A stretch of DNA of 64,000 nt, taken from NCBI GenBank assembly GCA_014905635.1, contig JABVCE010000002.1, forward strand, positions 1,240,001 through 1,304,000, written 5' to 3'. The DNA comes from Scenedesmus sp. PABB004 (taxonomy: Eukaryota). The notes below the pieces were generated by a model. That model saw only the letters and a program-made list of their open reading frames with translations. It made no database searches and was not told the DNA's origin. Below are positions 57,574 through 64,000 of this stretch, piece after piece; the stretch's first letter is position 1; every line of letters starts with the position of its first letter. The translations under genes and the position numbers were made by a program.

Positions 57574-59770
57574 TCAGCCCGCGGCGACCGCGGCCTCGGC
57601 GCCGGCGCCGCCCGGCGGCGCGCGCGCGGCGGCGAGTGCGTCGAGGATGGCGTCCACCTTTGCGCACGCGCCCGCGACCTGCTTGTCCCACTGCACCAGC
57701 TGCTCCAGGCTGTCCTCAAAGTGGATGAGGCCGTCGACCTGGTCGATGCTGCCGCGCAGGCGGCCCTCGCCGATCATCTCCGCCGCCATCTGCTCCGCGC
57801 GCTCCGGCGCGACGGCGAGCAGGTTGCCCAGCTCCTGCGGCGCGGCGCCGCGGGCGCGTCGCGCGGCCGCCCGGCGCCGCGCCGGCCGCAGCGCGGGCAG
57901 CAGCAGCCGCAGCGTCGTCGCGCGCCCCGGGCCGCGCGGGGGCGGCGGGGGCCTCACGTTGATGCTGATGTTGTTGTAGAGCTTGCTGGCGGACAGCAGG
58001 TTGTGCTGCATCACCGCCTTGCTCAGCACGGTCGACCCGTCCGGCAGCAGCGCCATCTGGTGCGGCTTCAGCGTCGCCGCAAACGCCTCGACCTCGTCCC
58101 TGCCGGTTGCGGCGGCCGCGGCGGCGCGCGCGGCGCGGCGCGTCAGCGCGCCGCGCGCCTGCGCCCGGGCCGCGCCCGCGGCAGCGCGCGGCGGAGGGGC
58201 ACGCGGCCCGCCCGGTCAGCGCCGCGCCGCCCGCACCGCGCGAGGATGCGCTCCAGGTAGACCTTTTCCAGGAAGGGCCAGACCGGCAGCGACGCGCTGC
58301 GCTCGTCCTTGTAGACCTGGCTCAGCAGCCGGCTGCGCTGCGGGCCCGCGGCCGCGAGGATGGTGCACGTGATCGCGTTGCTCAGCGCGCCTGGCGCGGC
58401 GGCGGGGTCGGGTGGGCGGCGGCCGGGCGGGGGCGCGGCGGCGGCGGCGGCGCGGCCAAGCGCCCCGCACGCCCTCAAGACGCCCCACGCCCCACGCCCC
58501 ACCCCCCACCCCCACATGCACCCCCCCCCCCCCACACGCACCGATGAGGTCGTCCTCGCCGACCGCCAGGCCGCCCACGGAGCGCGCGGTGATGCAGCTC
58601 AGCTCGTAGTAACGCCCCGCGGCGTCGATGAACCTGCGGCGCCGCGCCACGCGGCGGGGCGCTCGGCGGCGCGCCGCCGCCGCCCGCGCGCGCGCGCGCC
58701 CGACCCGCAGCCGGCCCGTGCGCGCGCGCGCGCGCGCGCGCCGCCCCGCAGCCCTCCCCGTGGCCCTCCGCCCTTTGTCTCCCGCGCGCGGCGCTGGCCG
58801 GCTGGCCGGCTGACCGTCGCTTGGCGTCCATGACGCGCGCGTAGGAGGTCTTGTACTGCAGCTCCAGCACGGGGTCCTTGCTGCCCGCGATGAGCGCGCT
58901 CGCCTTTTTGATGTAGCTCTCCGCCGCGCCGTGGTCGTCGTCCTCCAGGTACAGCATCGCGATCTTGATGTGCGTGCTCAGCTTGTACCCCGCCTCCACG
59001 CCGCGCACGCCTGGCGCCGCGCGGCGGCCGCGGCCGCGGCGGGCGGCGGCGGGCGGCGGCGGCGGCGGCGCGTGGGCGGCCAGCGGCGGCGGCGGCGCGC
59101 GCGCCAGGCGGCGGCGGCGGCGGCGGCGCGCGCGCGCGGCAGGCGGCGGCGCGGGGCGGCCGTCACCCGAGTCGAGGTCGATGCCGGCGAGGACCTGCGC
59201 CGCCTTGGCCCACTGCTCCTCGCCCTGCAGCAGCTCCGCGAGCTGCTCGCGGATGGACGTGCTCTGCTCCAGGAACGACACGCCGCGCGGCGCAATGCGC
59301 GACAGCGCGCTGCAGCGCGGCACGCACGCACGCACGCGCGCACGGCGCGGCGGCGCGCGTGAGCGGGGCGCGCAGGGCCGGCGCGAGCGCGTGCGCGCGT
59401 GCCGCCGCCGCGCGCGGCGCGGCGCTCACTGCGTGGCCACGGCCTTGTGCACCTCGGCCGGCAGCTTGCCCACCTCGGCGGCGAGCGTGCCGAGCAGCGC
59501 GCGGCTGATCACGAGCGGGACCTCGTCCGACAGCACTGCGGCGGCGGCGGCGCGGCGGGTCAGGCGCCCGTGCCGGCAGCAGCAGCGCAGCGCCGCGGGC
59601 GGTCGCTGCGCGGCGCGGCCTGCCGCCGCACTGTGGTCGGTGAAGGCGTTGAGGTCGGCCTCGCTCGCCGCGGCGACCAGGGCCAGCAGCAGCTGCTTGT
59701 ACGACTCCGCCCGCTGCTTCTGGTCGGGCGCCGCGGCGATCGCCGCGAGCTGCGCGCCCACGTCGGCCAT
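57574..59770 (-). CDS. CSN4: COP9 signalosome subunit 4
   Basis: LSDEVPLVISR, VSFLEQ, KIAMLYLEDDD, YARVMDAKR|RFIDAA, TILAAAGPQRSRLL, LEKVYLERIL, HNLLSASKLYNNIS, GSIDQVDGLIHF. Confidence 0.95.
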
Positions 59771-60374
59771 GGCGGGCGCGGCGCTGCTGCGCCGCCGGCC
59801 TCCTCCCGCCGTGCCGCGCTGGCCGCCGGCCTGGCCTCGATCCGGTCGGACTGCGGGGGCCGGCGCGCGGGGTGCGGGGCGGGAGGAGCGGCAGGCGGCG
59901 GCGGCGGCGGTGCGCGCGCAGCAGCGGCGGCGCTGAGCGCGTGCGCGGCGTTCGGCTCGGGGGCGAGCGGGAGCGGCAGCGCTGCAGTGATGGAACGATC
60001 TGGTCCGGCCCAGGCGGTGAGGATGTTGGGCGACGCGCAGGGCGCGCGTGTTAGGCGGGGGCGCAGGGGTTCGAAGATGGTCGCGCCTCGTGCCGTCCCC
60101 AGGCGCCTGCGCGCCCTGCGTGCTGTCGAGAGTCCACCGCCGCGTTTGGCTCCCCACGCCACCGACCCCGCACGCCGCCTCGCGCCCGCCAGGCGCCAGC
60201 TGCGGCCCGCTCTCGCCGCACGCCGCTCCTGGGGGCTCGGCAGCACCGCCAGGCCTCCCGGAGAAGGGTGGTAGCGCATCACCCGGGCCGGCGCGGCCCG
60301 GCAGCGGCGCGCCAGGCCGCACCCGCGGCAGCAGTGGCGCCCATCACGGGGCGGGGCGCCAACCGCCGGCCGAG

Positions 60375-62033
60375 ATGTCGGACTCCGACAGCGACGACAT
60401 GCCCATGATCGCCCGCCGCCGGCCCGCGGGCGACGCGCCCCCGGCGGCCGCCAAGCCCGCCGCAGCGCCGGCCGCGGCGGCGCCGAAGCCCGCGCCGCCC
60501 GCGGCAGCAGCGGACCCCCAGCAGGCGCCCGCGCCCAAAGCGGAGCCGCCGGCGGCGGCGGCGCCGCCGCCCCAGCCCAAGCCGGTGCCGCCCCAGCCCA
60601 AGCCGGCGCCGCCCAAGCCGGCGGAGGTCAAGCCGGAGCCGCCGTCGGCCGCCAAGCCCGCAGCAGCGGCGCCCAAGCCCAAGCCGGCAGCAGCAGCGGC
60701 CGGCGCTGCCGACTCGAGCAGCGACGACGACGACGACGACGACGTGCCGCTCGCGGCGCGCAAGCCGGCAGGTGTGTCGCGGCGCGCGCCGCGGGGGGCC
60801 ACCAGCAGCGCCCGTCAGCCGCCGCGCGCCGCCACGCGCCGCCGCACGCCCGCGCGCCCACGCGCCGCCGCCCGCGCGCCGCCGCCGGCGGCCCGTCGCA
60901 GCCGCCAAGCCGGCGGCCGTCAAGCAGGAGGTGCGGCGCACGCGGTGCCGTGCGCTGCTGCTCCGCCGGGAACGGCGGCCCGTGCGCAGCCGGCCAACCG
61001 CCGCCGCCGCCGCCTGCGCGCGCAGGACGGCAAGCAGCCTGCAGCCAAGAAGCCGCCCGCAGCAGCTGGCGGCAGCGCGGCGGGCGCGCGCCGCCGCAGC
61101 AGCGACGGCGGCGGCGCCAAGAAGCCGGCGGCGGCGGCGGCGGCGGCGGCCAAGCCGCCGGCGCCGAAGAAGCCGGCGGCGCCGGCGCGCGCCGCCTCGG
61201 CCAACGGCGCCGCGGACGGCAAGGTGGCGCGGGTGAAGAAGGAGTACGACTTGCCAGGCCAGACGCGTGAGACGCCCGACGAGGTGGGCAGGGCCCACCT
61301 GCACGCGGCACGCCGGGCGCCGCCGCGCGCCGGCGCTCCGTGCGACGCGCCGCGGGCGGCCCCGTCGACGCGCGCCGCGCCGCCCCCGCGCATGCGGTCG
61401 CGCAGAGCGACGCGCTGCGCAAGTTCTACACCTCGCTGCTCAAGGAGAAGCCGGAGAGCCCGATGGCGCTCAAGTGGTGCGCAGCCCGCAGCGCGGCGGG
61501 CGCCGCCGCACGCCACGCGCGCGTGCCGCCCAGCCCCTGCACGCCGACCGCCGCCGCCCCGCGCCACCACGCCCCGCGCCGCTGCGCGGCGCAGGTGCGT
61601 GATGCACGGCCTGCTGCCGCAGGACGAGGCGGAGGAGTGGGTGCGGCTCAACCGGCGCGGCGCCGCGGGCACGCCCTCCAAGCGCGCGCCCGCCAAGCGG
61701 CCAGGTGCGTGCGGCCGCGGGCGGCGCGGCGGGCGCCGTGGCGGGCGCAGCTGCGCCGGCACGCGGCCGGCGCCCCGTCGCTGCCTGCGGCGCCTGCGGT
61801 GCCCCCGCGCTGATCGCGCGCCCCCGCCTGCCGCGCCCGCCCTGCCGCGCCGCGCAGCGTCCACGTCGAGGTCGGCGCCCAAGGCCAAGAAGGCCGCGAC
61901 CGTCAGCGGCGCCAAGCCCAAGCGCACGCCGGCGCGCATGAAGGACCGGCCCGAGTGGGAGGAGAGCGACGACGACGCGGGCGACGACTCGAGCAGCGAC
62001 GACGACGTGCCGCTCGCGCAGCGGGTCAAGTGA
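60375..62033 (+). CDS. Uncharacterised Lys/Pro/Ala-rich protein with a small conserved-looking domain
   Basis: Globular core KKEYDLPGQTRETPDE|SDALRKFYTSLLKEKPESPMALKW|CVMHGLL inside a basic low-complexity sequence, with three acidic S-D-D-x-P-[LM] motifs. Confidence 0.7.
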   Translation: MSDSDSDDMPMIARRRPAGDAPPAAAKPAAAPAAAAPKPAPPAAAADPQQAPAPKAEPPAAAAPPPQPKPVPPQPKPAPPKPAEVKPEPPSAAKPAAAAPKPKPAAAAAGAADSSSDDDDDDDVPLAARKPAGVSRRAPRGATSSARQPPRAATRRRTPARPRAAARAPPPAARRSRQAGGRQAGGAAHAVPCAAAPPGTAARAQPANRRRRRLRAQDGKQPAAKKPPAAAGGSAAGARRRSSDGGGAKKPAAAAAAAAKPPAPKKPAAPARAASANGAADGKVARVKKEYDLPGQTRETPDEVGRAHLHAARRAPPRAGAPCDAPRAAPSTRAAPPPRMRSRRATRCASSTPRCSRRSRRARWRSSGAQPAARRAPPHATRACRPAPARRPPPPRATTPRAAARRRCVMHGLLPQDEAEEWVRLNRRGAAGTPSKRAPAKRPGACGRGRRGGRRGGRSCAGTRPAPRRCLRRLRCPRADRAPPPAAPALPRRAASTSRSAPKAKKAATVSGAKPKRTPARMKDRPEWEESDDDAGDDSSSDDDVPLAQRVK

Positions 62034-62425
62034 ACGTCGCGCGGTGCCGTGCGCGGCGTGCGTGCGCGGATCGCGCGCGAGCGAGAGCGCTGGCGGCGGA
62101 CGGGCAGACCAACCGGAGGGTACGGCCGCTCTGTGCGCCCCAGAGCGTGCGCCGCTACTGCTGAGCGCCCCGCGCGCGGGCCCGTGGACGGGGCCTCCAG
62201 AACTGCAACCGGAACCCGGCAGCAGCGTGTCCGTTTTTCTTGTGGCTGGGCCCTACGGACGGCCGTTGCAACACTGCGGGGGCCGGCCGCCGCCGCTCGC
62301 GAGCGCGCGCGCGCGCGCGCGTGTGCCCAGCCCGGCACAGCCTCGTCTCGTCGCCAATACAGAGTTACTCCCAAAGCGCCCTCCCGCCTGCGCCCCCTCC
62401 CGCCTGCGCCCCCCGCGCGGCCGGG

Positions 62426-63335
62426 TCAGTGCGCCGCGCCCTCCGCCGCCGCTGCTGCCCGCTGCGCCGCCTTGTGCGAGTCGCCGGCCACCACGGAGCG
62501 GATGCCCAGCTCGACGACGAGGCGGTCGTACGACGCCCTGTCGGCGGGCGAGGAGGGGGGGGGGGGACGAGGTGAGGCGGGCAGACGCCGGCAGACGCCG
62601 AGTGGGCGCGGCGTCCCGCCGCCCCGGCGCGGCGTGGCGCGGCGCGGCGGCGGCGTGCGCGCCTGTTGGTGCGGTAGAGGTACTGCATGAGGCTCTTGCG
62701 CTGCGCCAGCACCGCCTCGAGGCCGCGCTTGCTGCTCGAGTCCTTGCGGTTCTCCTTCAGGTGCGAGCTGATCTGCTGCACGCGCGCGGAGAGGCGCGCG
62801 ATCTGCACCTCCGTGCTGCCCGCGTCGTTCGCGTGGCGCGCGTAGTTGGCGACCTTGGAGAGGTCCACGTTCTCCTTGTTCTTGAACGAACCGCTGCGGC
62901 GGGCGGCGGCAGCGGCGGGGCGGCAGGCGGCCGTCGGCGGCCGGCGCGCGGGCGGCGGCGCCTCGCCGCCGCCGATGCTGCGGCCCGTTGCCACCGCCGC
63001 TGCTGCTCCCGCTGCTGGTGCTGCTGCTGCTTCGGGTGCCGCGACCGCCGGTGCCGGCGCCGCTGCTCGGCGCCGCCGCTGCCGCCGCCGCCGCGGCGCG
63101 CGCCGCCCGCGCCCCTCGGCTGCCCCGCGCCAGGGGGGCCTCACCAGATCTGCACGCGCGCCCGCTGCGGCCGCGCCGCTGCCGCCTGGCCGCGGGCGCC
63201 TGCGAATGGGGCGTCCGTGCGGCGCGGCGGCGTCAGGGCGGGCCCATTGGCGCGCGCAGGCGCGCCCGGAGGCGCTGCGCGTGCGTCCGTGCCCCGCGCA
63301 CCCGTCAGCGCGGGCCTCTGGCAGAGCGACGCCAT
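62426..63335 (-). CDS. PRPS15: Plastid ribosomal protein uS15, nucleus-encoded
   Basis: [48 protein letters not shown]..|[13 protein letters not shown]; transit-peptide-like N-terminus. Structure of the 5' exons is approximate. Confidence 0.88.
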
Positions 63336-63627
63336 CCCCTGGCTGCGCTGTGGCCGGCCGCTGCTGCTGCGCTCGCGCGGGGCGGCGGCAATGGCCAGCA
63401 GTCGGGGAGCGCACCGGGGAGCAATTGGCGGGCGTGGGCAGCGTGCAGCAGCGCCTGCGCGGCCAGGAGCGCCGCCCAGAACCCGGCGGCGAGGCCGACA
63501 CTACGCGCGCTGCGCGCTCGCAGCTCCCTCGCCACACCGCGACGCGCCCGTGCAGTGCCGGAGCTGCGGAGCGGCCTGAATTGACGGCCCCGCCGTCGAC
63601 AATCGGCCCACCCCTGCGCCCGGCCAC

Positions 63628-64000
63628 ATGCAGCTGCAGCAGCGCCTGGCCGGCCCGGCCGCGGGCGGGCGCGCCAGCGCGGTGAGACGCGCTGCTGACG
63701 GCGCCGCGCGCGGGCCTCGGGGCCCGCCGCGCGCGCGGCCGGCGCATCGGGCGGCCGCCCCGCCCTCACCGCGCCGCCCCCACGCCGCAGGCGCGCCCCG
63801 CGTTCGCCGCCGGCGTGGTGGCGCCGTTGCGCCGCGCGCAGCCGCAGCGCGCGGGCAGGCAGAGCTGCAGCCCGGTCTGCCAAGGTGAGGGCGCCTGCTG
63901 CCCGGCCGGGGGCGCCCGCCAGGGCCCGCCGGCCCGCGGGCTATGGCGCGGGGCGCGAGACAGACAGCGGGCCGCCAATGGGCCCCCGGCGGAGGCCGCG
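63628..64000 (+). CDS. 5' end of a gene running out of the window (transit-peptide-like)
   Basis: ATG 63628 [18 protein letters not shown], gtgaga donor, cgcag acceptor at ~63789, second donor AAG|gtgagg at ~63885. Confidence 0.4.

Noticed and set aside
30270..59770. Two COP9 subunits (CSN8, CSN4) as a functional cluster
   Set aside because: They are 26 kb apart with about a dozen unrelated genes between; no evidence beyond chance.

Overview
This is very GC-rich, intron-rich eukaryotic nuclear DNA, almost certainly from a chlorophyte green alga. Evidence: CP12, ALB3, nuclear NDUFS3/Nad9, nuclear plastid uS15, organellar RecA and several TGTAA poly(A) signals; Chlorophyceae or Selenastraceae-like is an inference. 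Most long ORFs in the six-frame track are GC artefacts, so about 30 tightly packed spliced genes were assembled by hand from exons. Recognisable genes: ProDH, an ECF-T/ABCI12-like protein, a TFIIB-related factor, ALB3, NDUFS3, CP12, PDCD2/TSR4, neurochondrin, Spc24, a Nudix hydrolase, CSN8, two ankyrin proteins, an SDR, DCAF13/SOF1, RecA, PYURF, MOCS2B, TauE/SafE, an OPR-like helical-repeat protein, U2AF35, DGAT2, CSN4 and PRPS15. Highlights: (1) an intronic C/D snoRNA (U36/snR47-type LSU guide) in PDCD2/TSR4 whose box C lies on an in-frame cryptic 3' splice site and whose box D supplies the stop codon, a candidate poison-exon feedback switch; (2) an unusually high share of GC-AG introns and one probable AT-AC intron; (3) a ~0.93 kb duplicate of a bidirectional promoter with templated insertions at both junctions; (4) an OPR + UBZ zinc finger + polyQ protein with an apparent frameshift; (5) a 62-aa spliced micro-gene behind CSN4. 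All exon structures are manual predictions with no transcript or database support.
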